A DNA stretch of 64,000 nucleotides, taken from Candidatus Solibacter sp. (GTDB lineage Bacteria > Chloroflexota > Dormibacteria > DASZGP01). The stretch spans positions 212,990-276,989 of the forward strand of contig DATMMS010000005.1 of the NCBI GenBank assembly GCA_035569605.1, given 5' to 3'. Shown in pieces: positions 1-9,073 of the stretch (position 1 is the first letter of the stretch; every line of letters starts with the position of its first letter). The notes beneath the pieces are model-generated. The model was not told the DNA's origin, searched no databases, and saw only the letters and a list, made by a program, of their open reading frames with translations. The translations under genes and the position numbers were made by a program.

Positions 1-2
1 CC

Positions 3-599
3 GGGGCGCGCGTTCGTGAGCTGGCCCAGGACATCCTCGCCGAGAGCGTCCAGCTGGGCAGCCTGGTCGGCGACCTGGGGACGCTGGCCGAAGCCGACTC
101 TCGGGCCGAGGTCCGCCACGAGCCGGTGGACGTGACCTCCCTGCTGCGGGTGGTCTCGGAGAGCGGCGCTATCCAGGCGGAGGCTCGAGGGGTGCGCCTG
201 GAGCCCGATCTCAACGCCGCCGGCGTGATCGACGGCGACTCGGTTCGCCTGCGACAGCTGTTCAGCATCCTGATCGACAACGCGACCAAGTTCGCGCCCG
301 TGGGAACGGCGGTCGAGTTGCGCGCCGATTCAGCGACCGGGCGCCTCAGAGTCGCGGTCAGGGACCATGGCCCCGGGATTGCCCATGTCGAGCTGCCACG
401 GATCTTCGATCGCTTCTACCGGGGCGAGAAGGAGCGACAGCGCGAGGGCAGCGGTCTGGGGTTGGCGATCGCCCAGTGGATCGCCGAGGCGCATCGCGGG
501 GTGATCTCGGTACGAAGCACCGAGGGCTCCGGGGCGGAGTTCATCGTGGAGTTGCCGCTGAACTCGGATTGGGTATCCGGCGAGGAGCCAGCGGGTTAG
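3..599 (+). CDS. sensor histidine kinase, C-terminal catalytic (HATPase_c) part; 5' end lies outside the window
   Basis: The frame is open from nt 3 with no stop. The C-terminus carries GHKL ATPase G-box motifs (DHGPGI, GSGLGLAIAQ). Stop TAG at 597-599. Confidence 0.8.
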   Translation, partial: GARVRELAQDILAESVQLGSLVGDLGTLAEADSRAEVRHEPVDVTSLLRVVSESGAIQAEARGVRLEPDLNAAGVIDGDSVRLRQLFSILIDNATKFAPVGTAVELRADSATGRLRVAVRDHGPGIAHVELPRIFDRFYRGEKERQREGSGLGLAIAQWIAEAHRGVISVRSTEGSGAEFIVELPLNSDWVSGEEPAG

Positions 600-647
600 A
601 ATCTGTGGCGCTCAGGCCGCCTAACGGCGTTGCCGCGGCGTCCCCGA

Positions 648-734
648 GCCGAGGTGGTGAAATAGGTAGACACGCCAGCTTGAGGGGCTGGTGGCCGCAA
701 GGCCGTATGGGTTCAAGTCCCTTCCTCGGCACCA
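648..734 (+). tRNA. tRNA-Leu, anticodon GAG, class II with long variable arm, CCA encoded
   Basis: Acceptor stem GCCGAGG pairs with CCTCGGC. D-arm is GTG..CAC. Anticodon stem CCAGC/GCTGG with loop TTGAGGG gives anticodon GAG. Variable arm GGCCGCAAGGCCGT, T-arm GGTTCAAGTCC, 3' ACCA. Confidence 0.85.
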
Positions 735-752
735 ACACTTCGCGGCCACAGC

Positions 753-2474
753 GTGGCGCACCAAGGAGAGGCTGGCTTGGCTGACGATCCCGCTTACGCG
801 CTCGGTCCCACCGCCCTGCGGCAGCGCCGGGAGGCGGACGTTCGTTTTCCATACAACTCAGGCCGCTTGCTAGCCGACGCGCTGAAGCGGCTGGGAACCC
901 AGAATCTCTTCACCCTCAGCGGCGGCCACCTCTTCCCGCTGTTCGACGGCTGTGTCGCCAGCGGTGTTCGGGTCATCGACCATCGCCATGAGGAGGCCGC
1001 GGTCCATGCCGCCGAGGCCTGGGCCAAGCTCACCCGGGTCCCGGGCGTGGCGGCGGTGACGGCGGGGCCGGGTGTCACCAACGCCGCCACCGGGCTGGCC
1101 GCGGCCACCTTCAACCGCAGCCCGATACTGGTGATCGGGGGGCGCGCGCCGGACTTTCGCTGGGGCCAGGGCAGCCTCCAGGAGTACGAGCACATCCCGG
1201 TGATGGCCACGGTGGCCAAGAAGGCAGTCACCGTGCATGACGGCGACCGCGTCCACATCGCCGCGACCGACCTCTGGCACGAGGCCCTCGCCGGGGCGCC
1301 GGGGGCGACCTTCATGGATGTGCCCATGGACGTGATGCTGACCAGCCTGGAGGAATCGTCGGTCGAATGGCCGGAGGCCCCGACGGCCCCCGCTGATCCG
1401 GATCCCGAGCTGATCGAGCGCGCCGCCGAGCTGATCGACCGGGCCGAGCGTCCCGTCGTCATCTCGGGCACCGGCGTCCACTGGCACCACGGCGAGGAGG
1501 GCCTGCGGCGCCTGGCCGAGACCGCCGGCCTGCCGGTATATATGAACGGCCTCGGTCGGGGGACGCTGCCCGCGGATCATCCCAACGCCTTCTCCCGCAC
1601 CCGCAGTGCCGCGCTCGGTAAAGCCGACCTGGTGATCCTGCTGGGGACCCCGCTCGACTTCCGGCTCAACTTCGGCCAGCCGCCACTGCTTTCCGACGGG
1701 TACAAGCTGATTCGCATCGACGCCCTGGAGAGCGACCTGAGCCACAACCGGACAGCCGATGTCGGCATCGCAGGGGACATCGGCCGCGCCCTCGAGCTGC
1801 TCGCCGAGCGGGTCTCCGGCGCCGGCGACCGGGCCGGGCGCCTTCAGGAGCTGCGCGACGCCGAGGCCGCCTCGCTGGCCAAGGACCGCGAGCTGCTGGA
1901 GTCCGACGCCGACCCGATCCACCCGATGCGCCTCTACGGCGAGATCCTCAAGGCGCTCGACCGCGATGCTGTGGTCGTCGGCGACGGCGGCGATTTCGTC
2001 AGCTACGCGGGCAAGCTGATCCCCACGTACGAGCCCGGCAGCTTCATCGACCCCGGGCCGTTCGGCGGCCTGGGGATGGGAGCGCCGTCGGCAATCGCCG
2101 CCCGACTGGCCCGGCCGGACAAGCAGGTGCTGTTGCTGGTCGGCGACGGCGCTTTCGGGTTCTCGGCGATGGAATTCGACACCATGGTGCGTCACCGGCT
2201 TCCGGTGGTCGCGGTGATGGGGAACAACAACGCCTGGGGACTGGAGAAGCACCCCATGGAGATGATGTTCGGCTGGTCGGTGGCGGCCGACCTCAACCCG
2301 GCGGCGCGCTACGACAAGCTGGTCGAGGCGCTTGGGGGCCACGGCGAGTACGTCACCAGGCCCGGTGAGATCGGCCCGGCGCTGAAACGCGCCTTCGACT
2401 CGGGGCTGCCGGCGCTGGTCAACGTCGCCTGCGACCCGGCGGTCGCCTACCCGCGGAGCGCCAACCTGGCATGA
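753..2474 (+). CDS. thiamine-diphosphate-dependent enzyme (acetolactate synthase large subunit / oxalyl-CoA decarboxylase-like)
   Basis: N-terminal ThDP pyrimidine-binding region (GVRVIDHRHEEAAVHAAEAWAKLTR...GPGVTNAATGLAAA). C-terminal ThDP-binding motif GDGAFGFSAMEFDT...NNNAWG. The true start may be downstream (TTG near 852), because nt 753 is only 19 nt after the tRNA. Confidence 0.8.
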   Translation: MAHQGEAGLADDPAYALGPTALRQRREADVRFPYNSGRLLADALKRLGTQNLFTLSGGHLFPLFDGCVASGVRVIDHRHEEAAVHAAEAWAKLTRVPGVAAVTAGPGVTNAATGLAAATFNRSPILVIGGRAPDFRWGQGSLQEYEHIPVMATVAKKAVTVHDGDRVHIAATDLWHEALAGAPGATFMDVPMDVMLTSLEESSVEWPEAPTAPADPDPELIERAAELIDRAERPVVISGTGVHWHHGEEGLRRLAETAGLPVYMNGLGRGTLPADHPNAFSRTRSAALGKADLVILLGTPLDFRLNFGQPPLLSDGYKLIRIDALESDLSHNRTADVGIAGDIGRALELLAERVSGAGDRAGRLQELRDAEAASLAKDRELLESDADPIHPMRLYGEILKALDRDAVVVGDGGDFVSYAGKLIPTYEPGSFIDPGPFGGLGMGAPSAIAARLARPDKQVLLLVGDGAFGFSAMEFDTMVRHRLPVVAVMGNNNAWGLEKHPMEMMFGWSVAADLNPAARYDKLVEALGGHGEYVTRPGEIGPALKRAFDSGLPALVNVACDPAVAYPRSANLA

Positions 2475-2851
2475 GCCCGGAGGTGGGAGCGACATTCGAG
2501 CTGAGGCGCGAGGTGGGTCCCGACATGTCGGCGCGCCATCTCGGCAGCGGCACCATCGGCGTGCTGGCGACCCCGGCCATGATCGCCATGATGGAGGGCG
2601 CCGCCACCCGCTGCGTCCAGGAGAGCCTGCCCGCGGGACAGACGACGGTCGGCTACATCGTCAACATCCGCCACCTGGCACCGACTCCGATCGGCGCCGA
2701 GGTGGTGGCCAGCGCGCGCCTGCTGGAGGTCGACGGCAAAAAGCTGAAGTTCCGGGTGGAGGCCCACCAGGGGGAGAAGCTGGTGGGGGAGGGTGAGCAC
2801 GTTCGCGTGATCATCGACTCGGAGTCCTTCCTGAAGCAATCGACCGCCTAG
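2471..2851 (+). CDS. hotdog-fold thioesterase (FlK / fluoroacetyl-CoA thioesterase-like family)
   Basis: Motif LGSGTIGVLATPAMIAMMEGAA is typical of the FlK-like hotdog family. ATGA start/stop overlap with the upstream ThDP enzyme. Confidence 0.7.
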   Translation: MSPEVGATFELRREVGPDMSARHLGSGTIGVLATPAMIAMMEGAATRCVQESLPAGQTTVGYIVNIRHLAPTPIGAEVVASARLLEVDGKKLKFRVEAHQGEKLVGEGEHVRVIIDSESFLKQSTA

Positions 2852-2958
2852 CCGAGCTCTCGCCGCCGGCTCGGGCCGCGGTCCGCCTGCTCAGCGGCTG
2901 GATCAGGCTGCTCGCCACCGCCGGCCGGGGCGGCCGCCGCAGCATCGGCCGCGATTTC

Positions 2959-3420
2959 GTGTGCAACGGCCACCTTCGGCTGCGCGGCCCGGGGACCATC
3001 CGGATCGGATCCCGGGCCAACGCCTGGGCCCGCGCCGAGGACAACCGCATCACCACCCTCAACCCGGGTGCGGCCGTCACCATCGGCGACAACGTCCGGC
3101 TCAACGGCTGCGATATCCAGTCCGCGGTATCGATCTCGATCGGCGACGACTGCATCCTGGGCTCCTGTATCGTGGTCGACACCGACTACCACTCGGTCGA
3201 GGTCGATCGGCGGTCTTCGGGGGCGAAACCCGGGGTCCGGCCGATCTCGATCGGCCGCAACGTCTGGATCGCCGGGGGCGCCACGGTGCTGAAGGGCGTC
3301 ACCATCGGGGAGGACTCGGTGGTCGGCTACGGGGCGGTGGTCGCCTCCGACGTGCCCGCCGGGGTGGTCGTCGCGGGCAACCCGGCGCGGGTGGTGCGCA
3401 CTCTCTACGAGAAGGCCTGA
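2959..3420 (+). CDS. hexapeptide-repeat (left-handed beta-helix) acetyltransferase
   Basis: Imperfect hexapeptide repeats (IGDNVRLNGCDI..ISIGDDCILGSCIVV..ISIGRNVWIAGGATVLKGVTIGEDSVVGYGAVV) and C-terminal NPARVVR. The in-frame upstream region (2797-2958) looks coding but has no ATG/GTG/TTG, so the real start is uncertain. Confidence 0.7.
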   Translation: MCNGHLRLRGPGTIRIGSRANAWARAEDNRITTLNPGAAVTIGDNVRLNGCDIQSAVSISIGDDCILGSCIVVDTDYHSVEVDRRSSGAKPGVRPISIGRNVWIAGGATVLKGVTIGEDSVVGYGAVVASDVPAGVVVAGNPARVVRTLYEKA

Positions 3421-3519
3421 CCAACACCGTCTCAATACCGCTCCAACCGCAGTTTGCTGAGATGGGTGCTGGGTAGACTCTGATCCGGAGTCCCCACGGG
3501 GTCGGAGGTCCCCGAAAAG

Positions 3520-4224
3520 ATGCTGTTCTTCAGCCCTGGTTACCTACTTCTCTTCCTGGTCACCGCGGTCATCCTGGGCGCGGCCAGCGCTCACGTCCGC
3601 AGCACCTACCGGCGCTGGTCGGGAGTTCGTAACCAATCCGGCCTTACCGGCCACCAGGTGGCCCGTCAGATCCTCGACTCGCAGGGGCTTCAGCACGTCG
3701 GCATCCAGGTCATCGAAGGCGAGATCACCGACAACTACGACCCCACCGCCAAGGTCCTCAACCTGTCGCAGGGGGTGGCCTACAACGCCTCGGTGGCGTC
3801 GGAGGGGATCGTCGCCCACGAGGTCGGGCACGCCGTCCAGGACGCCCGCAGCTACCTTCCGATGCGCGCCCGCACCGCCGTCCTGCCGGCGGCCAACTTC
3901 GGCAGCCAGGCGGGGCCGATGATCATCTTCCTGGGCCTGATCCTGCTCGGCTTCCGGATCGTCATCGGCTTTGACATCGCCATCGTCGGGCTTCTCCTCT
4001 TTGCCCTGATCCTGGTCTTCCACGTGGTCACATTCCCCGTCGAGTTCGACGCCAGCCGGCGCGCCCTGAAGCTGCTTCGAGAGACCGGCATCGTCACCGG
4101 CGAGGAGATCGAGGGCACCCGCAAGGTGCTCACCGCGGCGGCCCTCACCTACCTCGCCGCGATCGCGGTCTCGGCCCTGCAGGTTGGCTTCTGGGCCCTC
4201 CAGGTCTTCGGCCGCCGCGACTGA
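3520..4224 (+). CDS. membrane zinc metallopeptidase (YugP-like, HExxH)
   Basis: N-terminal TM segment, HEVGHAVQ zinc-binding motif, and C-terminal hydrophobic segments. Confidence 0.75.
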   Translation: MLFFSPGYLLLFLVTAVILGAASAHVRSTYRRWSGVRNQSGLTGHQVARQILDSQGLQHVGIQVIEGEITDNYDPTAKVLNLSQGVAYNASVASEGIVAHEVGHAVQDARSYLPMRARTAVLPAANFGSQAGPMIIFLGLILLGFRIVIGFDIAIVGLLLFALILVFHVVTFPVEFDASRRALKLLRETGIVTGEEIEGTRKVLTAAALTYLAAIAVSALQVGFWALQVFGRRD

Positions 4225-4298
4225 CGATTACGGTCGACCCCATCGCAACCGCGGCCCCGGCGTTCTCCGAGCTGACCCCAGGCGACGTCCACGCCTGG

Positions 4299-5318
4299 AT
4301 GGCCGACCGAGGCCAGCCTCGCTACCGGGCGGATCAGCTGCTGCGCTGGTTCTATCGATCGGCGGCGGAGTCTTTCGCCGAGATGAGCGACCTCCCCGAG
4401 GCTCTCCGCGATAACCTGGCCGCGGCCTTTCGGTTCAGCACCGTCACCCCCGCTCACACCACCGGAGCCGACTCCGGGCGAACTGTGAAGTACCTCTTCC
4501 AGCTACCCGACAAGGAGCTCCTGGAATCGGTATCGATGCACTATCCGCGCACCGCGTCGAGCTCCGAGCGCACCACCGTGTGCCTCTCGACGCAGGTGGG
4601 CTGCGCCGTCCGCTGCCCCTTCTGCGCCACCGGCCTGGCCGGTCTGGCACGCAACATGGAACTGGCGGAGGTGATCGACCAGGTCCTGGCGGTCAGCCGG
4701 CGCGAGTCCCAGGCAGGCCGCCGGGTGAGCCATCTGGTCTACATGGGCATGGGTGAGCCGCTCCACAACGTCGAGGCGACGATGACGTCTTTGCGTCGAT
4801 TCACCGACCCGGCGGCGCTCGGCCTGGGGGTCCGGCGGGTGACAGTGTCGACCTCGGGAGTGGTGCCCGGTATCGAGAAGCTCTCGGCCAGCGGTCTTGG
4901 CGTCAACCTGGCCGTCTCCCTGCATTCGCCGATTGACGACCTGCGCGACACCCTGGTGCCGCTCAACAAGAAATGGAATATCGGCGCCGTCTTGAAGGCT
5001 GCCGACGACTACGCCGCCAGGACCGGCCGGCGGGTGTCCTACGAGTACGTGATGCTGGGCGGGGTCAACGACAGCATCTCCCTGGCCGACGCGCTCGGTA
5101 CACTGCTGCGCCGGCGCCTGGCGCACGTCAACCTGATTCCCTACAACCCCATCCCGGGCGACCCCTTCCGGGCCACGCCGCCCGCCCAGATCGAGGCGTT
5201 TCGGGCCCGCGTCAAGGACCACGGCGTCGAGTGCACGGTGCGCGACACCCGAGGTCGCCGGATCGACGCTGCCTGCGGCCAGCTGCGAGCCGAAGCCCAG
5301 GCGGGGAGCCTCGCGTAA
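4299..5318 (+). CDS. rlmN: radical-SAM 23S rRNA/tRNA adenine-C2 methyltransferase RlmN
   Basis: CPFCATG radical-SAM cysteine motif and RlmN-like N-terminus (RADQLLRWFY). Conserved throughout its length. Confidence 0.9.
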   Translation: MADRGQPRYRADQLLRWFYRSAAESFAEMSDLPEALRDNLAAAFRFSTVTPAHTTGADSGRTVKYLFQLPDKELLESVSMHYPRTASSSERTTVCLSTQVGCAVRCPFCATGLAGLARNMELAEVIDQVLAVSRRESQAGRRVSHLVYMGMGEPLHNVEATMTSLRRFTDPAALGLGVRRVTVSTSGVVPGIEKLSASGLGVNLAVSLHSPIDDLRDTLVPLNKKWNIGAVLKAADDYAARTGRRVSYEYVMLGGVNDSISLADALGTLLRRRLAHVNLIPYNPIPGDPFRATPPAQIEAFRARVKDHGVECTVRDTRGRRIDAACGQLRAEAQAGSLA

Positions 5319-5365
5319 ACCTGACGGGACAGTCAGGTTTGCCGGGTTCTGTGCCATAATTTGAG

Positions 5366-5506
5366 TTGCGTTCTCGGGGCAGGGTGAAATTCCCGATCGG
5401 CGGTGACAGCCCGCGAGCCAATCCAGGTCCAAAAGACCACCTGGAGAGGCAGACCCGGTGGGATTCCGGGGCCGACAGTCAAAGTCTGGATGGGAGAGAG
5501 CGGAGG
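5366..5506 (+). promoter_or_regulatory. FMN riboswitch (RFN element) in the leader of the rib operon
   Basis: Near-exact match to the RFN consensus: TTCTCGGGGCAGGGTGAAATTCCCGATCGGCGGT...GGATTCCGGGGCCGACAGTCAAAGTCTGGATGGGAGAGAGCGG. The P1 halves TTCTC and GAGAG are complementary. It sits immediately upstream of ribD. Confidence 0.9.
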
Positions 5507-5616
5507 TGGTCACGCCGTGCGTGGCGCCTGAACCGGGGTTCCCGGTTGCCGGATCACCGGTGGCCTGGCCCGGTCGGCCGTTTCTGCCCACCCCGCCCCG
5601 GGTAGGCGAAAACAAG

Positions 5617-6714
5617 ATGGCTACTTCTGCACACATGAGCCGGGCGCTCGCTCTGGCTCGAAAGGCGCGATTCCAGACCAGTCCCAACCCCATGGTGGGG
5701 GCGGTGCTGGTGAGCGACGGCGTCGTCCTGGGGGACGGCTTCCATCGCCGCGCCGGCGGCCCCCACGCCGAGATCATCGCAATTCGCCGAGCCGGCGCCC
5801 GGGCGCGCGGCGCCACCCTCTACGTCAGCCTCGAGCCATGCTCGCACCAGGGCCGCACCGGCCCCTGCACGTCGGCGATCATCGCGGCGGGAGTGGCGAG
5901 GGTGGTGGTGGCGATGCGTGACCCGGACCCGCGGGTCAATGGGCGAGGTGTCAAGGAGCTGCGCGCCCACGGGATCGCCGTCGAGGTCGGCGATGGCGCC
6001 AAAGAGGCCGAGGCCCTCAACCAGCGCTGGCTGCTGTCGCGGAGGTCGGGCCGGCCCTTCGTCGGCCTCAAGTTCGCGGCCTCGCTCGACGGCAAGATCG
6101 CGGCTCGCGGCGGGGACTCGCGGTGGATCACAGGTGCGGAAGCGCGGCGGCGAGGCCACCTGCTGCGGCAGGCGTACGACGCCGTCGCCGTGGGCGCCGG
6201 GACGGTGATGGCCGACAACCCGGAGCTGACGTCGCGGCCTGCCGGCAGCACTCCCAGCGGACGGCAGCCGCTTCGGGTAGTGGTTGACGGCCGCCTACGG
6301 GTCGCGCCCGGCGCGCGCGTCTTTGACGGCGACCTCCCCGGCCGGAGCCTGCTCGCCACCACCGCCGCCGCGGACCGGCGGCGTGGTGGCAAGCTGCGCC
6401 AGTCCGGGGTGGACATCCGCGCCTACCCAGGTGACGGGCGCATCGACATCGTCGGGCTGCTCCAGTCGCTGGCGGCGGAAGGCATCTCCAGCGTGCTCGT
6501 CGAGGGCGGCGGTGACCTCGGCTGGAGCTTCGTCTCCAGCGGCACCGTCGACCAGGTCTACGCCTTCCTGGCGCCCAAGCTGGTGGGTGGTCGTGACGCC
6601 GTTCCCGCGGTCGGAGGTGAGGGCTTTGCCGACCTCGCCGGCGCGCTTCAGCTTCGCTTCGTCAGCCAGCGCGCGCTCGGCGACGACGTGCTGCTGGAGG
6701 CGGTGCCGGCGTGA
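5617..6714 (+). CDS. ribD: bifunctional diaminohydroxyphosphoribosylaminopyrimidine deaminase / 5-amino-6-(5-phosphoribosylamino)uracil reductase RibD
   Basis: CMP/dCMP deaminase zinc motif HAEIIAI...SLEPCSHQGRTGPC and a reductase C-domain. ATG 5617 was chosen because the tool's 5458 start lies inside the riboswitch. GGTAGG lies upstream. Confidence 0.9.
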   Translation: MATSAHMSRALALARKARFQTSPNPMVGAVLVSDGVVLGDGFHRRAGGPHAEIIAIRRAGARARGATLYVSLEPCSHQGRTGPCTSAIIAAGVARVVVAMRDPDPRVNGRGVKELRAHGIAVEVGDGAKEAEALNQRWLLSRRSGRPFVGLKFAASLDGKIAARGGDSRWITGAEARRRGHLLRQAYDAVAVGAGTVMADNPELTSRPAGSTPSGRQPLRVVVDGRLRVAPGARVFDGDLPGRSLLATTAAADRRRGGKLRQSGVDIRAYPGDGRIDIVGLLQSLAAEGISSVLVEGGGDLGWSFVSSGTVDQVYAFLAPKLVGGRDAVPAVGGEGFADLAGALQLRFVSQRALGDDVLLEAVPA

Positions 6715-6733
6715 TGTCGCGGGTCGGGCGCTG

Positions 6734-7381
6734 ATGTTCTCCGGGATCGTCGCCGAGGTGGGGACCGTCGAGGGGGTCGACGGGGGCGTGGTGCGGGTGC
6801 GCGCGCCGCTCAGCCTGCGGCGCGCCAAGCTCGGCGGCAGCATCGCCGTCAACGGGGTGTGCCTGACCGCGGCCTCGATCGACGGTGACGTCTTCAGCGC
6901 CGACGTCATGCCCGAGACCTTCAAGCGCACCGGCCTGGGCGGCCTCGGCGCCGGCGCGCCGGTCAATCTCGAGCCGGCGCTGGGGTACGGCGACGAGGTC
7001 GGCGGCCACCTGGTGCAGGGGCACATCGACGGGGTCGGCGCGGTGATCGGAGTGGAGACCGATGACAACGCCCGCTGGGTGAAGGTCCGCGTTCCCCTCG
7101 AGGTGCTGGAGTACTGCGTCCTCAAGGGCTCGATCGCCATCGACGGCACCAGCCTGACGATTGCCTCGATCGAGGACGACGTGGTCGGGGTGAGCCTGAT
7201 CCCGCACACGCTGGAGTCAACCATCGCCGGCTCATACGCGCCCGGCACCATCGTCAACCTGGAGGCCGACTTGCTGGCCAAATACGTCGCTCGCTACCTC
7301 GCCGACGGGCGGGGCACAACCATGGGACCGACCGGGGCGGTTGACGCCGGCGGCGGTCACCCCCAAACGGAGAAACACTGA
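6734..7381 (+). CDS. ribE: riboflavin synthase (alpha subunit)
   Basis: [10 protein letters not shown] start and the duplicated lumazine-binding repeat ([12 protein letters not shown] / [12 protein letters not shown]). Confidence 0.9.
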   Translation: MFSGIVAEVGTVEGVDGGVVRVRAPLSLRRAKLGGSIAVNGVCLTAASIDGDVFSADVMPETFKRTGLGGLGAGAPVNLEPALGYGDEVGGHLVQGHIDGVGAVIGVETDDNARWVKVRVPLEVLEYCVLKGSIAIDGTSLTIASIEDDVVGVSLIPHTLESTIAGSYAPGTIVNLEADLLAKYVARYLADGRGTTMGPTGAVDAGGGHPQTEKH

Positions 7382-7382
7382 A

Positions 7383-8582
7383 ATGCCGCTGATCACCATC
7401 GAAGAGGCCATCGAGGACTTCAAAGCGGGGAAGTTCCTGATCGTGGTCGACGACGAGGATCGTGAGAACGAAGGCGACCTCGCCATCGCCGCCGACTTCA
7501 TATCCGCCGAGAGCATCAACTTCATGGCCACCCACGGACGGGGGTTGATCTGCACCCCGATGGAGGCGACACGCCTTGATGAGCTCGGGATCGAGCCGAT
7601 GGTGGGCCGCAACACGGCGCCTCTGGGAACCGCGTTCACGGTCTCCGTTGAAGCCCGTCATCGCACCACCACCGGCATCAGCGCCGAGGACCGCGCCAAC
7701 ACCGTGAAGGCCCTGGTGGACCCCGCCAGTAAGCCCAGTGACTTCGCCAAGCCCGGCCACACCTTTCCGCTGCGAGCCCGCGAGGGCGGGGTGCTGGTGC
7801 GGGCGGGCCAGACCGAGGCGGCGGTTGACCTGGCCCGGATGGCGGGCCTCAGTCCCGCCGGCGTCATCTGCGAGATCATGAGCGAGGACGGCACCATGGC
7901 CCGGATGCCCGACCTGCAGAAGGTCTCCGAGAAGCACGGCATCGGGATCGTGACCATCAAGGACCTGATCGCCTACCGGCGACGCTGGGAGAAGCTGGTG
8001 GAGCTGCGTGCCGAGGCCAAGCTGCCCACCGAGTTCGGGCTCTTCACGATCAAGGGCTACGAGGACAGCGTCAGTGGCGAGACCCACGTGGCGCTGGTAA
8101 TGGGGGAGATCCGACCCGACGAGCCGGTCCTCCTGCGGGCCCACTCCGAGTGCCTCACCGGCGACGCCTTCCACAGCCTGCGGTGCGACTGCGAGCAACA
8201 GCTCCACCGCGCCATGGAGATGATCGCCGCCGAGGGCGCGGGCGTGGTCCTCTACCTGCGCCAGGAGGGCAGGGGCATCGGCCTGGTCAACAAGCTGCGC
8301 GCCTACCAGCTGCAGGACCAGGGGATGGACACCGTGGAGGCAAACGAGGCGCTCGGGCTCCCGGTTGACAAGCGCGACTACGGGATCGGCGCCCAGATCC
8401 TTGCGGACATCGGCGTTCAGAAGATCCGCCTGATCAGCAACAGCCCTCGCAAGTACTACGGGATCGAGTCCTTCGGGCTCGAGATCGTGGAGCGGATCCC
8501 GCTGGTCATCCCCCCCAACGAGCACAACCTTCGCTACCTGCGAACGAAATCGGACAAGCTCGGCCACATAATGCATGACTGA
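7383..8582 (+). CDS. ribBA: bifunctional 3,4-dihydroxy-2-butanone-4-phosphate synthase / GTP cyclohydrolase II RibBA
   Basis: DHBP synthase N-domain ([13 protein letters not shown]) and GTP cyclohydrolase II C-domain with the CxC zinc motif ([17 protein letters not shown]). Its ATG overlaps the ribE stop. Confidence 0.9.
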   Translation: MPLITIEEAIEDFKAGKFLIVVDDEDRENEGDLAIAADFISAESINFMATHGRGLICTPMEATRLDELGIEPMVGRNTAPLGTAFTVSVEARHRTTTGISAEDRANTVKALVDPASKPSDFAKPGHTFPLRAREGGVLVRAGQTEAAVDLARMAGLSPAGVICEIMSEDGTMARMPDLQKVSEKHGIGIVTIKDLIAYRRRWEKLVELRAEAKLPTEFGLFTIKGYEDSVSGETHVALVMGEIRPDEPVLLRAHSECLTGDAFHSLRCDCEQQLHRAMEMIAAEGAGVVLYLRQEGRGIGLVNKLRAYQLQDQGMDTVEANEALGLPVDKRDYGIGAQILADIGVQKIRLISNSPRKYYGIESFGLEIVERIPLVIPPNEHNLRYLRTKSDKLGHIMHD

Positions 8583-9048
8583 TATGGACGTGAAGACCGG
8601 AAAGTTGCGCGCCGATGGCCGGGCGTTCGCGTTGGTCGTGGCCCGCTTCAACGACTTCGTCACCAGCAAACTGCTCGAGGGTGCGGTCGACACCCTGGTC
8701 CGCCTGGGCGCCGCCGAGGCGGACATCACGGTGGCCTGGGTGCCGGGGGCTCTCGAGATCCCGGTGACCGCGACCGCGCTGGCGCGCAGCGGCAGGTTCG
8801 CGGCGGTGATCTGTCTCGGCACCGTGGTCAAGGGCGAGACGCCTCACTTCGACTACGTCGCCGGTCAGTGCGCCCAGGGCATCGCCGCGGCCTCCCGCGA
8901 GACGGGTGTGCCGGTGATCATGGGTGTCCTCACGACGCTGACGATGGAGCAGGCGATCGACCGTGCCGGGGGCAAGATGGGCAACAAGGGAGCCGCCGCC
9001 GCCGAGGCCGCCGTCGAGATGGCCGACCTGCTGGGGCAGCTGGGCTAA
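8575..9048 (+). CDS. ribH: 6,7-dimethyl-8-ribityllumazine synthase
   Basis: Typical RibH sequence ([20 protein letters not shown]...[13 protein letters not shown]). Overlaps the ribBA end. Confidence 0.9.
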   Translation: MTDMDVKTGKLRADGRAFALVVARFNDFVTSKLLEGAVDTLVRLGAAEADITVAWVPGALEIPVTATALARSGRFAAVICLGTVVKGETPHFDYVAGQCAQGIAAASRETGVPVIMGVLTTLTMEQAIDRAGGKMGNKGAAAAEAAVEMADLLGQLG

Positions 9049-9073
9049 GCGCGGATCTGCCGACCCGGGCCGA

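Noticed and set aside
870-2495. Long minus-strand ORFs (for example 870-2495, 4503-5816, 7254-8831, 11145-12620, 13386-14684, 21883-22971, 28252-29736, 31589-32812, 32873-34255, 35751-37154, 43559-44953, 48156-49577, 55587-56633) and many Arg/Pro-rich alternative-frame ORFs on the plus strand
   Set aside because: They overlap strongly conserved, family-recognisable genes on the other strand or frame. Stop-poor antisense frames are expected at about 70% GC. Their translations are low-complexity Arg/Pro/Gly-rich with no family resemblance.
5458-5616. ORF-track start for ribD at 5458
   Set aside because: It falls inside the FMN riboswitch aptamer. The conserved RibD N-terminus and a Shine-Dalgarno-like GGTAGG fit ATG 5617.
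9049-9073. Possible bidirectional terminator hairpin (GGGCCG-atcagc-CGGCCC) between the convergent ribH and GT-C gene
   Set aside because: The stem is only 6 bp with no U-tract, which is too weak to call from sequence alone.
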